Shown one piece after another: positions 18,600 through 28,660 of a DNA stretch of 64,000 nucleotides; the stretch's first letter is position 1, and each line of letters begins with the position of its first letter. The notes below the pieces were generated by a model that was not told the origin of the DNA, searched no databases, and was given only the letters and a program-made list of their open reading frames with translations. The stretch is from a virus, in IMG/VR virus record IMGVR_UViG_3300032220_001630, positions 39,136 to 103,135 of that record, one strand, 5' to 3'. A program made the position numbers and the translations under genes.

Positions 18600-19413
18600 T
18601 CCAATTAAAAGGGAATCTAATAAATTCATCGATGTAAACACAAAAGTTTTCACTATAGGTAGCTGTTTTGCACTTGAGATAAAGGATTTTCTCATGAGAA
18701 ATTCGTATAATGTATTGGTTCCAGAGGAGACAAGCTCAACACCAGAGCCAAGATTGATATGGTATAACACATATACTATATTATATGAATTTCAAAGAAT
18801 AACCGGTGAATTTGTACAGAAAGAGGATGATGTTTGGGATCTGGGTAATAGGTGGCAAGACCCTTACAGAAGGTGTGTATTTGGTGATACGAAAGAGGAT
18901 CTTTGGAAAAAAATAAATAAATTAAACGAGGATATAAAATTTGGAATTTTAAACTCTGAATGTTTAGTAATAACTTTAGGACTTACAGAAGTTTTCTTTA
19001 ATGGAAACTCCGCAATATGTTCCACACCGGGTTATGCTGGAGGAGGTGGACATGAGTGCGTATTTCGACCTACTAAATTCAATGAAAATTACGATAATGT
19101 GAAAAAGATTGTTGAAATACTAAAAAATATAAATCCTAATTGTAGTATAATTTTAACTGTTTCTCCTGTTCCCCTAGGAATGACCTTCAGAGATTTAGAC
19201 CATTTAATTGCAAATACTGAAAGTAAATCTATATTAAGAACCGTAGCTGGACAAATACAGGAAGAATATCCAGATATAGTCAATTATTTCCATAGCTTTG
19301 AGATTTCATCAAATAGTAATAGAGAAGCTGTTTATATGGAAGATGCGAGACATGTTCGTAGAGATTTTGTTGAGGGAATTATGAGTGAATTTAAAAAATA
19401 TTTCATAAAGTAA
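18559..19413 (+). CDS. GSCFA-domain (SGNH-like) protein
   Basis: FTIGSCFA, TLGLTE, LTVSPVP, SKSILR, DARHV. Confidence 0.85.
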   Translation: MKKCRDLTQDLQSNPIKRESNKFIDVNTKVFTIGSCFALEIKDFLMRNSYNVLVPEETSSTPEPRLIWYNTYTILYEFQRITGEFVQKEDDVWDLGNRWQDPYRRCVFGDTKEDLWKKINKLNEDIKFGILNSECLVITLGLTEVFFNGNSAICSTPGYAGGGGHECVFRPTKFNENYDNVKKIVEILKNINPNCSIILTVSPVPLGMTFRDLDHLIANTESKSILRTVAGQIQEEYPDIVNYFHSFEISSNSNREAVYMEDARHVRRDFVEGIMSEFKKYFIK

Positions 19414-19979
19414 TGACTATTTCTATACACCAGCCTAATTTTTTCCCCTGGTATCCTTTTTTTCAGAAAGTCGAAAAATCCCAAAAATTTATTCTTTTGA
19501 ATCAGTCACAATTTCAGAAGAACAATCTGCAGAATAGATTTAGTATGGACGATAAATGGTATACTATTTCTGTTAATAGAGGACTAGATCCAATATTTAC
19601 AAAAAAATATTTATCCCCAACCGATGATTGGGAAAGAATAAAAAAATCACTTCCCGAATACAAAAAGATTTTAGAAAAATTTGATCCTTTCATAGGTCAT
19701 GATTTAAAAGACACCAATACTAATATAATCAAAAAAATATGTGATATTATTGAAGTCGATACCGAAATATTATCCGATTACCCTACTGAATTAAAAGCAA
19801 GCGAAAGAATTTTGGACATATGCTTAAAATTCGAAGCTTCTACTTATATTTCTGGCATTTCTGGAAAAAAATACTTAGACCTAGAGATTTTCAAAAAAAA
19901 TGGTATAGAGGTATTTTTTCAAAAAGAGGAAGAAATGATCAAGGAACCTATTTTAAAAATACTAAAAAAATATGTTTAA
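19413..19979 (+). CDS. wbqC: WbqC-like protein
   Basis: IHQPNFFPW, QNR, YISGISGKKYL. Confidence 0.85.
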   Translation: MTISIHQPNFFPWYPFFQKVEKSQKFILLNQSQFQKNNLQNRFSMDDKWYTISVNRGLDPIFTKKYLSPTDDWERIKKSLPEYKKILEKFDPFIGHDLKDTNTNIIKKICDIIEVDTEILSDYPTELKASERILDICLKFEASTYISGISGKKYLDLEIFKKNGIEVFFQKEEEMIKEPILKILKKYV

Positions 19980-20799
19980 TAGAGTTATTGTTAGCTCAGA
20001 CGATTCTGATTTTAAAAATTTCTGGCCTATAGTGGTTAAGTCTTGGAATAAATATTTTCCGGAAGTAAAGGTGTGTTTAGCATTTGTAACGGACAGAAAA
20101 GAAAATGATGAGATCGTAAAAAGGCTTAAAAAATATGGTGAGGTTTATTTATTCCCCGTTCAACCTAATATACCTACTCCCAACCAAGCAAAAATGTACA
20201 GACATATATTAGCTGGACAATTTGGTGATGATGTGTGTATGATAGAGGATATAGATACTATTCCACTACAATCTGAATTTGTACACAGAATCCTATCTCA
20301 GAGGGATTTTGGAAAAATGCTCAGGGTTGGCTCTGAGATCTACAACGGGACACTTGACGAGGGTAAATTTCCTACGAGTAACCTTACAGGGGAATCATAT
20401 CTCTTCAAGGAATTAATAAATCCAGATAATCTAAACTACAAATCTCTATTTGATACGTGGTGTAATATTAGATATTATGACCACAAAGAATCTGTTAATA
20501 ACCATCCGGATTTATCTGGATTAGATGGATTCTCTGATGAATCTTTGATGAGAGTACTAATGAATAGATTTTCCCCAACAAAAGATAGAATTAATGAAAT
20601 AAAAAGGGATGTTGATATACGGGACAATTGGATAGACAGATCTTGGTGGAATATAGATAAAAATAAATTAATTAATAACGAATATGTGATCTGTAACTTT
20701 TTAAGACCTTTTGCTGAAAATATTCATCTATGCAAACCGATAATTGAATATATATTCGACACTCAAAATATCCGGTTAGACGAAATATTAATAGATTAA
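19972..20799 (+). CDS. Putative GT-A glycosyltransferase (paralogue of 9143-9874)
   Basis: FKNFWP, EDIDTIP, SDE, IDRSWW, CNFLRP. Confidence 0.65.
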   Translation: MFNRVIVSSDDSDFKNFWPIVVKSWNKYFPEVKVCLAFVTDRKENDEIVKRLKKYGEVYLFPVQPNIPTPNQAKMYRHILAGQFGDDVCMIEDIDTIPLQSEFVHRILSQRDFGKMLRVGSEIYNGTLDEGKFPTSNLTGESYLFKELINPDNLNYKSLFDTWCNIRYYDHKESVNNHPDLSGLDGFSDESLMRVLMNRFSPTKDRINEIKRDVDIRDNWIDRSWWNIDKNKLINNEYVICNFLRPFAENIHLCKPIIEYIFDTQNIRLDEILID

Positions 20800-20801
20800 A
20801 A

Positions 20802-21440
20802 ATGATTACAACCATTTATGAGCATTCTGTTGATTTAGAAATTCTAGAAAAAGGTGGGTGGGTTTTAGATCTGGGATGTGGTGTAGACTTCCTATTTTCA
20901 AAAGCCATGCTAGAAAAAGGAATGAAAGTTTTAGCAGTAGATCCAAATCCTAAAATTTCACAAATTCCAGATCATCCTAATTTCTATTTTGTAAACAAGG
21001 CAATAACCACAGAAGAATCTAAAGAGCCTTTGGAATTCACCATATATAATGACTCTGACGCATTTAGTTCAGTTAATACAATGCATGATGTTTCCTTCGT
21101 TGAAAAACAGGGGAATATCATGATTGAAACTGTGACCCTCAATGATCTTAAAAACGAATTTTCAATTAATTCTATAGAGCTGATTAAAATTGACATCGAA
21201 GGGGCAGAATACGGTCTATTAGAATCTTTACATTATCCAATTTCTAGACAAATAAGTATCGAGTATCACGATTTTAGAGGAATGAATCCATATTTTCCAA
21301 ATAATCAATTATACCATGATAAATTGAAAATAAAACTTGGCTTTTACAACTTTGTTAAGTACAGCATAGAACAACACAAGGGAATTTCAGGAGAACAGGG
21401 ACTTAATTATTGGGATTGTCTTTTAGTTCAAAAAAATTAG
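20802..21440 (+). CDS. FkbM family methyltransferase
   Basis: LDLGCG, VDPNP, KIDIEGAEY, QISIEYH. Confidence 0.82.
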   Translation: MITTIYEHSVDLEILEKGGWVLDLGCGVDFLFSKAMLEKGMKVLAVDPNPKISQIPDHPNFYFVNKAITTEESKEPLEFTIYNDSDAFSSVNTMHDVSFVEKQGNIMIETVTLNDLKNEFSINSIELIKIDIEGAEYGLLESLHYPISRQISIEYHDFRGMNPYFPNNQLYHDKLKIKLGFYNFVKYSIEQHKGISGEQGLNYWDCLLVQKN

Positions 21441-21444
21441 ATCT

Positions 21445-22116
21445 ATGGTTATAGGAAATGGCCTACTGGCAAGAAAGTTCCAAGGAATTGACAATGTTAT
21501 TGTTTTTGCTTCCGGAGTTTCAGACTCTTCAGAAACCGACCAGAAAGAATTTGAAAGAGAAAAAAAACTCCTTTTAAAGGTAATAGAATCGAACTCTTGT
21601 GTTCCTCTTGTTTATTTCAGTTCTGTTTCAATATTAACCCAATCTTCACCATATATCTTACACAAGAAAGAAATGGAACAAATCATACAAGGATTAGGGA
21701 TTAATTATTGGATATTTAGACTTCCCCAAATTGTTGGCTTTGGCGGATGCAAAAGAAATCTTATAAATTTTATTCTTGGTAAGATAATGTCAGGAGATGA
21801 AATACAAATTTATGACACAAAAAGAAGTATATTGGACGTTGATGACGCTAGGAGTATTGTTGAGTATATCATACAAAACTTTGAACCTAATAAAATTTTA
21901 AATGTTGGCGGGGTGCAAGCTTTGAAGGTTCATGATATTGTTGACATTTTAGAATCTTTAACTGGAAATAAACCCATAGTAAACAAAATCAAGAAAGAAT
22001 GTTTAGATCAATCTACTGTTAATTCGGAAGAAGTTGAACAAGCAATCAGCTTTCTGGGAATAAAAACTGAATTTTACATTAAAAAAACTTTAGCTAAATA
22101 TGTTGCACATTACTGA
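21445..22116 (+). CDS. NAD-dependent epimerase/dehydratase-like protein
   Basis: IGNGLLA, FASGVSDS, YFSS, YILHK, FRLPQIVG. Confidence 0.75.
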   Translation: MVIGNGLLARKFQGIDNVIVFASGVSDSSETDQKEFEREKKLLLKVIESNSCVPLVYFSSVSILTQSSPYILHKKEMEQIIQGLGINYWIFRLPQIVGFGGCKRNLINFILGKIMSGDEIQIYDTKRSILDVDDARSIVEYIIQNFEPNKILNVGGVQALKVHDIVDILESLTGNKPIVNKIKKECLDQSTVNSEEVEQAISFLGIKTEFYIKKTLAKYVAHY

Positions 22117-23017
22117 AGAAACACACCACGACCTATATTATAATGTAGAAAAATGTGTGGAGTATTGTAGACAAATTAAGACATCTGTTCGCAAGGAAAT
22201 AACTGAATATCACATGTTTTGGAATGTCGGTTTACCATTCGAGAGAAAACAAATTTTATCTATAAAATCATATCTTTGTACTCAAGATCTTAAGAATACA
22301 CGATTAAACATATGGTCAAATGTAGACCTAAGGTCGAATCATTTTTTGTTGCCTTTTCTCCCTTATATAAATTTTAAAATATGGGATCCTATCAAAGAAG
22401 CACGAGGAACTGAATTGGAAGGGAGGTTAGATGTTCTTCTAGTAAAAGACGACTTAAACTATTCTGCGGGGGATCTTTTCAGAATTTTGGTTTTGCATAA
22501 TTATGGAGGATTATACGTAGATTTTGATGTCGTTTTTTTAAGGGATTTCTCCCCTATTCTTGATCAAGAATTTATGTATAAATGGTCCTTCCAAGAAGAA
22601 ATGATAAATGGTGCTGTGATGAGGATGTTTAAAGGTAGTAAACTTTCTAAGGATCTTTTAAAAGAAATAGCAAAAGGTGAAGTTTATTCTGGAACTGTTA
22701 ATTGGTCAACAGTTTTATATCAAAAAGTTAGATCTTATAATAAGGATTGGACAGTTTTCCCTTGTGCGTTCTTTAATACTGAGTGGCAAATTAAATTAAC
22801 AGAGGAACAAAAAAACAACGACCCCGAATATAGGGAATTAGTTAATTTTATTCTTTATCCTTTCAAAAAAACAGAATGGAGTTCAAAATTGATGTATGAG
22901 GGGGTATTCAGTTGGCATTGGCATAACAACTGGAATGCAGAAATTGAAATAGGAAGTAAGTGGCAAATTTTAGAAGATAAATTTAACAATGAAATCAAAA
23001 CAAAATTTAAAATTTGA
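22100..23017 (+). CDS. GT32-like DxD glycosyltransferase
   Basis: DLFRILVLHNYGGLYVDFDV, INGAVM, WHWHNNW. Confidence 0.82.
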   Translation: MLHITEETHHDLYYNVEKCVEYCRQIKTSVRKEITEYHMFWNVGLPFERKQILSIKSYLCTQDLKNTRLNIWSNVDLRSNHFLLPFLPYINFKIWDPIKEARGTELEGRLDVLLVKDDLNYSAGDLFRILVLHNYGGLYVDFDVVFLRDFSPILDQEFMYKWSFQEEMINGAVMRMFKGSKLSKDLLKEIAKGEVYSGTVNWSTVLYQKVRSYNKDWTVFPCAFFNTEWQIKLTEEQKNNDPEYRELVNFILYPFKKTEWSSKLMYEGVFSWHWHNNWNAEIEIGSKWQILEDKFNNEIKTKFKI

Positions 23018-23570
23018 TATCGATAAAAAGTATTTAACAATGTTTACGTCAGATAAAGAGGTAAACCAGCTTGGATGGGGATCGATACATTCTCAAAATA
23101 GTAGATTTGAAATACTCCTACAGATTAGAGGATACAACCAAAACGATACGGTATTAGATGTTGGGTGTGGATACGGGGATCTTTGTAAATATATTCAAAA
23201 TTATACTGGTATAGATCTGAGAGCATCTGCAATAGACAAGGCTAAAAATAAATACCCAGGGAGGGATTTTAAAAATTGTGAAATATATTCAATCGACGAG
23301 AAATATGACTGGGTTTTTGCATCGGGAATATTTTGTTTTGATTATGAATGGGAAAAAAATACTAATGATTGCATAAAAAAAATGTATGAAATTTCCAAAA
23401 AAGGATTAGCCTTTAATTTCCTTTCTGACCTAAGCGAGGGCAATAGAGAAATCGGAATGAAATATACCAAAATAGAAGAGGCTTTACCTATTGTTTCATC
23501 ATTATGTAAGAATTTTACATTTAGACACGACTATCTAAAAAACGATTTTACTGTCTATATGTACAAATAA
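22989..23570 (+). CDS. Class I SAM-dependent methyltransferase
   Basis: LGWGS..SQ..RF, LDVGCGYG, YTGID, ASGIF, RHDY. Confidence 0.85.
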   Translation: MKSKQNLKFDIDKKYLTMFTSDKEVNQLGWGSIHSQNSRFEILLQIRGYNQNDTVLDVGCGYGDLCKYIQNYTGIDLRASAIDKAKNKYPGRDFKNCEIYSIDEKYDWVFASGIFCFDYEWEKNTNDCIKKMYEISKKGLAFNFLSDLSEGNREIGMKYTKIEEALPIVSSLCKNFTFRHDYLKNDFTVYMYK

Positions 23571-23584
23571 TTCACGTTATAGGA

Positions 23585-23613
23585 GGAACTATCTTTAATA
23601 CATTTTATATAAT
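23585..23613 (+). promoter_or_regulatory. Class II promoter-like motif before fcl-gmd-kds
   Basis: GGAAC-N18-TATAAT in the largest gap within the glycan locus. Confidence 0.55.
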
Positions 23614-23627
23614 TTATAAATATCGTT

Positions 23628-24554
23628 ATGATTCTTTGTATTTTTGGATCCTCTGGATTAGTAGGAAGCAATCTTTATAATAAATGTTTAGAAAAATATT
23701 CGAATTACAGAATACTTGCTCCTAAAAGATCTGATGTGGATCTTTCTAATAGGGAAGAAACCTTATCGTATCTCCATTTTAATAAGCCCGACATAGTTTT
23801 TCTATGTGCTGCTAAAGTTGGAGGAATAAAGGCTAATAGCGATTTTAAAGCTGATTTTATAACAGAGAATATAAAAATACAATCCAATGTTATAGAGGGA
23901 TGTTTTCTAGCTGGTATAAAGAAGCTAGTATTTTTAGGATCTTCTTGCATATATCCTAAGAATTGTCCTCAACCCATCAAGGAAGAATACCTCATGACTG
24001 GACCATTAGAACCTACTAACGATGCTTATGCTATTGCAAAGATATCTGGGATTAAGATGTGTCAATCCTACAGAAGTCAATATGGATGTGATTTTATATC
24101 CGTAATGCCGTCAAATCTTTATGGTCCTGGTGATAATTTCGATCTTAATTCGAGTCATGTATTGCCTGCTCTAATTAGAAAATTCCACGAGGCTAAAATA
24201 AAAAATAAGCCATACGTTGAGGTGTGGGGATCTGGTACACCCATGAGAGAATTTTTATATGTTGAGGATCTTGCGGATGCTTTAATTTTTCTGTCCGAAA
24301 ATTATTCAGACGAGAAAATAATAAATGTTGGATCTGGAATGGACCTATCAATTAAACTTTTGTCCCATTATATACAAAAAGAAGTCGGTTATGAGGGTGA
24401 TGTAGTTTTTAATAATTCTTATCCTGACGGAACAATGAGAAAGGTTATGGACTCATCCAGAATATTCGAAATGGGATGGAGTCCTAAAATTTCATTGGAG
24501 GATGGGATTAAAAAGACATATTCCTACTATAAAGAAACATATGAACAACAATAA
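23628..24554 (+). CDS. fcl: GDP-L-fucose synthase
   Basis: [50 protein letters not shown]. Confidence 0.95.
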   Translation: MILCIFGSSGLVGSNLYNKCLEKYSNYRILAPKRSDVDLSNREETLSYLHFNKPDIVFLCAAKVGGIKANSDFKADFITENIKIQSNVIEGCFLAGIKKLVFLGSSCIYPKNCPQPIKEEYLMTGPLEPTNDAYAIAKISGIKMCQSYRSQYGCDFISVMPSNLYGPGDNFDLNSSHVLPALIRKFHEAKIKNKPYVEVWGSGTPMREFLYVEDLADALIFLSENYSDEKIINVGSGMDLSIKLLSHYIQKEVGYEGDVVFNNSYPDGTMRKVMDSSRIFEMGWSPKISLEDGIKKTYSYYKETYEQQ

Positions 24555-25569
24555 GAAAGCTATTATAACCGGGGTTAATGGGCAGGACGGAAGCTACCTT
24601 GCTGAACTTCTTCTGAATAAAGGATATGAGGTTCATGGTACAATAAGAAGATCCTCGTCTTTTAATACCTGGAGAATAGATCATTTAAGAAAAGATAGTA
24701 ATTTTCACTGGCATTATGCTGATATAACAGACCCAGTAAGTATATCTAACCTAGTATCTTCTCTAAAACCTGACGAATTCTATAACCTTGCAGCGCAAAG
24801 CCATGTAAAGATTTCTTTTGAAATCCCATACTATACCGGACAAGTTGATGCTATAGGGACTTTAAATGTATTAGAGGCTATCAGATCACACTCGCCTAAT
24901 ACTAAATTGTATCAGGCATCAACCTCTGAATTGTACGGTATGGTTCAAGAGATACCGCAAAATGAAAAAACACCTTTCTATCCAAGATCCCCCTATGGAG
25001 TTGCAAAGCTCTATGGGTTTTGGATAATTAAAAACTACAGAGAAGCCTACAATTTATTTGCATGTAACGGTATACTATTTAATCACACTTCTCCAAGAAG
25101 GGGTGAAAATTTCGTCGAGAAAAAAATAGTTGATGCTCTTGCTGATATTATACACAATCAAAAGATCACATCTTTTTCATTAGGTAACTTGAACTCACAA
25201 AGGGATATAGGTCATGCTAGGGAATATGTTGAAGGTATGTGGAGAATGCTCCAACAGAAAACTCCTGATGATTTTGTTCTTGCAACAGGAACAACGTATA
25301 CTATTAGATCAATTGTTGAGATGACAGCTTCTATTTTAGGAGTTCATTTAATATGGGAGGGTGAAGGAATAAATGAAGTTGGTAAAAACAAAGAAACAGG
25401 AGAAATACTGGTAACTATTGATTCTAAATATTTTAGACCTTCTGAGGTTGATCTTTTAATAGGAAATCCTGAGAAGGCTGAATCTGTATTAGGATGGAAA
25501 GCTAAAATGGATCTTACTGAAATATTAAAGGAAATGGTTGAATCTAAAATTAATGGAAATGTACGCTGA
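24541..25569 (+). CDS. gmd: GDP-mannose 4,6-dehydratase
   Basis: [45 protein letters not shown]. Start placed at ATG 24541. Confidence 0.95.
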   Translation: MNNNKKAIITGVNGQDGSYLAELLLNKGYEVHGTIRRSSSFNTWRIDHLRKDSNFHWHYADITDPVSISNLVSSLKPDEFYNLAAQSHVKISFEIPYYTGQVDAIGTLNVLEAIRSHSPNTKLYQASTSELYGMVQEIPQNEKTPFYPRSPYGVAKLYGFWIIKNYREAYNLFACNGILFNHTSPRRGENFVEKKIVDALADIIHNQKITSFSLGNLNSQRDIGHAREYVEGMWRMLQQKTPDDFVLATGTTYTIRSIVEMTASILGVHLIWEGEGINEVGKNKETGEILVTIDSKYFRPSEVDLLIGNPEKAESVLGWKAKMDLTEILKEMVESKINGNVR

Positions 25570-26137
25570 TTTATTATTCAGGGAGATAGAATATCTTAGT
25601 AGGATACCTGTTCATAAAATATCTTTTCTTGTAGATCTTGTACATGGGGGAATAGATGAAGACAGTAGGATAATCTGTTCAGGTATGGGAAAGGCAGGAC
25701 AGATTGCACATACCTTTTCTACAACTTTAAGCTCTACTGGAGTCCCCTCATATTTCCTTCATCCTTCTGAAGCACAACACGGGGATCTTGGTATTTTAGG
25801 TAAGAATGATATTCTTATGCTATTTTCAAATTCTGGAAAAACTAGGGAGGTTTTAGAATTGATTGATCTATCTAAGAGATTGCATCCTGATTTAAGAATA
25901 CTTTGTATAGTTGGAGAATCTAATAAGGAGCTGGAAGAAAAAACCTCTCTTGTTTTAGATTTTGGTCCTGTCAAAGAAATATGTCCATTAGGATTAACAC
26001 CTACTACATCAACAACCTGTATGTCCGTTATATGCGACCTTATAGTTGTTGGATTAATGAAGAAGAATAATTTTACTAAAGAAGAATACGCAAAAAGACA
26101 TCATGGAGGATATCTTGGAGAAAAGTCAAAATCCTAA
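25553..26137 (+). CDS. kdsD: Arabinose-5-phosphate isomerase, SIS domain only (no CBS pair)
   Basis: [41 protein letters not shown]. Confidence 0.88.
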   Translation: MEMYADLLFREIEYLSRIPVHKISFLVDLVHGGIDEDSRIICSGMGKAGQIAHTFSTTLSSTGVPSYFLHPSEAQHGDLGILGKNDILMLFSNSGKTREVLELIDLSKRLHPDLRILCIVGESNKELEEKTSLVLDFGPVKEICPLGLTPTTSTTCMSVICDLIVVGLMKKNNFTKEEYAKRHHGGYLGEKSKS

Positions 26138-26906
26138 ATTTTTAATATCTGGACCTTGTGTAATAGAGAATCTAGATCTCTGTGTACATATAGCTAAGGA
26201 GGTAAAAAGGGTTGGTGAATTATACGGCTTTAAACCGATCTTTAAAGCTAGTTACGATAAGGCTAATAGGACATCAGGTGATTCGTTTAGAGGAGTTGGA
26301 ATTAAAGAAGGATTATACATATTGGATAAGGTAAGGTTTATTGTAGATATTCCTTTTATAACTGACGTTCATGATGTTGAACAAGTTAAGATTGTTGCTC
26401 CTTTTGCAGACTATTTACAGATCCCTGCTTTTTTATCTAGACAGACAGATCTCGTTGAAGCTTGTGCAAAAACAGGATTGCCAACCTTAGTGAAAAAAGG
26501 ACAGTTTCTTTCACCTGAAGCATGCTCTTATATAGAAAGAAAATTCTATAAAGCTGGCGGATCACAGATGATGATATGTGAGAGAGGAAATTCTTTTGGT
26601 TATAATGATCTAATAGTAGATGTTACATCTCTTTCTAGATTAAAAAAATCGTGTGAAAATTCTTCCGTTATTATGGACTGTACACACAGTTTACAAAAGC
26701 CTAATGGAATTTACGGTAAAACAGAAGGGAGAGGGGACATGGTAGAAGAGATGGTTAGATTTGCATCTGTAATGGGTGCTGATGGCTTATTCATAGAAAC
26801 ACATCCAGATCCTAGTAAATCACCTTCTGACTCCGAAAATATATTGGAACTTTCAATGCTAGACAAGGTATTAAATATATCAAGAAAAATATACGATTGT
26901 GAGTAA
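26103..26906 (+). CDS. kdsA: Kdo-8-phosphate synthase
   Basis: GPCVIE, FKASYDKANRTS, QIPAFLSRQTDL, KKGQF, ERG, DCTHS, ETHPDP. Confidence 0.93.
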   Translation: MEDILEKSQNPKFLISGPCVIENLDLCVHIAKEVKRVGELYGFKPIFKASYDKANRTSGDSFRGVGIKEGLYILDKVRFIVDIPFITDVHDVEQVKIVAPFADYLQIPAFLSRQTDLVEACAKTGLPTLVKKGQFLSPEACSYIERKFYKAGGSQMMICERGNSFGYNDLIVDVTSLSRLKKSCENSSVIMDCTHSLQKPNGIYGKTEGRGDMVEEMVRFASVMGADGLFIETHPDPSKSPSDSENILELSMLDKVLNISRKIYDCE

Positions 26907-27609
26907 AGTGGATATTGTAATAGTCAGTTATGCTAAAGACGATTACTGTAAGAATTTAACAGAAAATTGTATAAACAGTCTTTTTCATTCAGAAGAGGAC
27001 AAAGATCTATTTAATGTTATTGTAGTAGAATCAGAGCCCGGAGTTAAATGGGAAGAAAAATTTACACAAAATGTAACTACATATGAAGCACCACTTCCTT
27101 ACGGATACCATAAATTTTTAAACTTCGGTAGAAAAAAAGGAAATTCTGAATGGGTAGCATTATGTAATAATGATTTACAGTTTACAGTAAATTGGTTTTC
27201 TAAAATACTTAAGTCAAATAAAGAGAATCCTGATGTGATTTCATTTTCTCCGATTTGTCCAATGACCCAAACCCTGTATGGTATTAATCCACATACGGGT
27301 ATTCATCTGGGTTACGAAATTAGAAAACAAATTTCAGGGTGGTGCATAGTACACAAGAGAGAGATCTACGAAAAAATCGGGGATTTAGACGAGAATTTTT
27401 ATCATTGGTTTTGTGACAATGATTATGCTATGACTCTGCAAGAAGAAGGTTTAAAGCATGCTCTTGTTACAGACTCTATAGTTATACATCACGAAAAGAC
27501 CATAGGGAAAACTACCGAAAGGGTAGTTGAAACTAATGATGAGATGTATAGGTTAACCATGGGATCTCAATCGATATTTCAAAAAAAATGGGAAAAAATT
27601 AGAATATGA
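26899..27609 (+). CDS. GT2 glycosyltransferase
   Basis: DIVIVSY, VIVVES, LCNND, GDLDENFYHWFCDND. Confidence 0.82.
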   Translation: MSKVDIVIVSYAKDDYCKNLTENCINSLFHSEEDKDLFNVIVVESEPGVKWEEKFTQNVTTYEAPLPYGYHKFLNFGRKKGNSEWVALCNNDLQFTVNWFSKILKSNKENPDVISFSPICPMTQTLYGINPHTGIHLGYEIRKQISGWCIVHKREIYEKIGDLDENFYHWFCDNDYAMTLQEEGLKHALVTDSIVIHHEKTIGKTTERVVETNDEMYRLTMGSQSIFQKKWEKIRI

Positions 27610-27748
27610 AAAGATACGAGATCATAAACATTAGATAGGTTTATTGCTAATTCATTGAATTGGGATTTTTAATAAAATCAGAAATGATATATTAAACCTA
27701 ATGGACGATGAAAATTTTAAATCCAATTATTCAATTGGATTTTATTGA
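27606..27748 (+). pseudogene. Collapsed (internally deleted, frameshifted) gene remnant, probably a methyltransferase
   Basis: ATGA-coupled start gives MKRYEIIN, then a stop. Shifted frames give LDRFIANSLNWDF and NKIRNDILNLMDDENF. Confidence 0.45.
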
Positions 27749-27755
27749 TAACAAT

Positions 27756-27783
27756 GAAATTATTATCTTCTATTTGCTATAAC
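27756..27783 (+). promoter_or_regulatory. Class II promoter-like motif
   Basis: GAAAT-N17-TATAAC, 15 nt before ATG 27799. Confidence 0.5.
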
Positions 27784-27798
27784 TTATAACGGGGTAAA

Positions 27799-28059
27799 AT
27801 GGAAATTCCTATAGGATTTAAAATGATTCTTTCGAGAGCCAAAGGCAAGACACAGATTGAAATAACTAGACACAAAGATCCTATAATGGATAATATGCTT
27901 ATAGTTAATAGCATAGGAAGTAAAGCATATAAAGATTCATGGATAATAGAAAAAGATCTTCCTACATGGTTAAGCTATTTACAAAAAGAAGGATACACCG
28001 AAATAAAAACAATCGAGGATGTGGGATCTTCTAAAAAAAATAATACGAAAAAAATCTAA
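27799..28059 (+). CDS. Hypothetical protein
   Basis: 86-aa ORF downstream of a promoter motif. Confidence 0.7.
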   Translation: MEIPIGFKMILSRAKGKTQIEITRHKDPIMDNMLIVNSIGSKAYKDSWIIEKDLPTWLSYLQKEGYTEIKTIEDVGSSKKNNTKKI

Positions 28060-28660
28060 GATGGAAAATATCGAGGAATTAGATATAGAGGTTCTTGACC
28101 AAGAACTAAAACCTTTTGCCTATCAATGGACAAAAGGAGACAATAACGGAAACGTATGCGAGTACGCGGATGTTTTTAAAGACGGCACTACTGGTGTTAT
28201 CTGGGTTAATTTTAAGGATGGAACCAGAATTAATTATTCATTACTGAATGAATACATGATTCAAATAGATCCTAGTAATAGAAGAGCATTAGCAGCTCCT
28301 TTGGTTGAAGCTACCAGCACTCCTGTTGAAAGAGCTTCACCAGTTAGGAATGTTATGCTTGCTGATAATTCCTCAATCAGTGCCAAGTCTTCTAACCCTA
28401 TAACATCGCTTCTTGAAAAACAAAAACCAAATTGGGTGGAAGTAGGAATTACTCTTAAACTAAATCTTCCAACAAAAAGCCTTTATAATGTTTTAACCTC
28501 CTCTTTTGAAGAAGCTGACAAAGAAATTATAGAATTCGTTGTTAGCGATCTTGATTTAGAAATAATAAAAGAAAGCTTAAGGATAAATATAAAGGAGATA
28601 TATAAAGGTACTAATGGAAATATTCGAAAAGGCGGAAATAACATCTCTACAGAAGAGTAA
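28019..28660 (+). CDS. Hypothetical protein (start may be 28061)
   Basis: 213-aa ORF with two folded-looking regions separated by a P/S/A linker. Ends in STEE. Confidence 0.75.
   Translation: MWDLLKKIIRKKSKMENIEELDIEVLDQELKPFAYQWTKGDNNGNVCEYADVFKDGTTGVIWVNFKDGTRINYSLLNEYMIQIDPSNRRALAAPLVEATSTPVERASPVRNVMLADNSSISAKSSNPITSLLEKQKPNWVEVGITLKLNLPTKSLYNVLTSSFEEADKEIIEFVVSDLDLEIIKESLRINIKEIYKGTNGNIRKGGNNISTEE

Noticed and set aside
8518-27609. Bacterial O-antigen/capsule locus or host contamination
   Set aside because: There are no export, polymerase or priming genes, and the locus carries the same promoter motif as the flanking phage genes.
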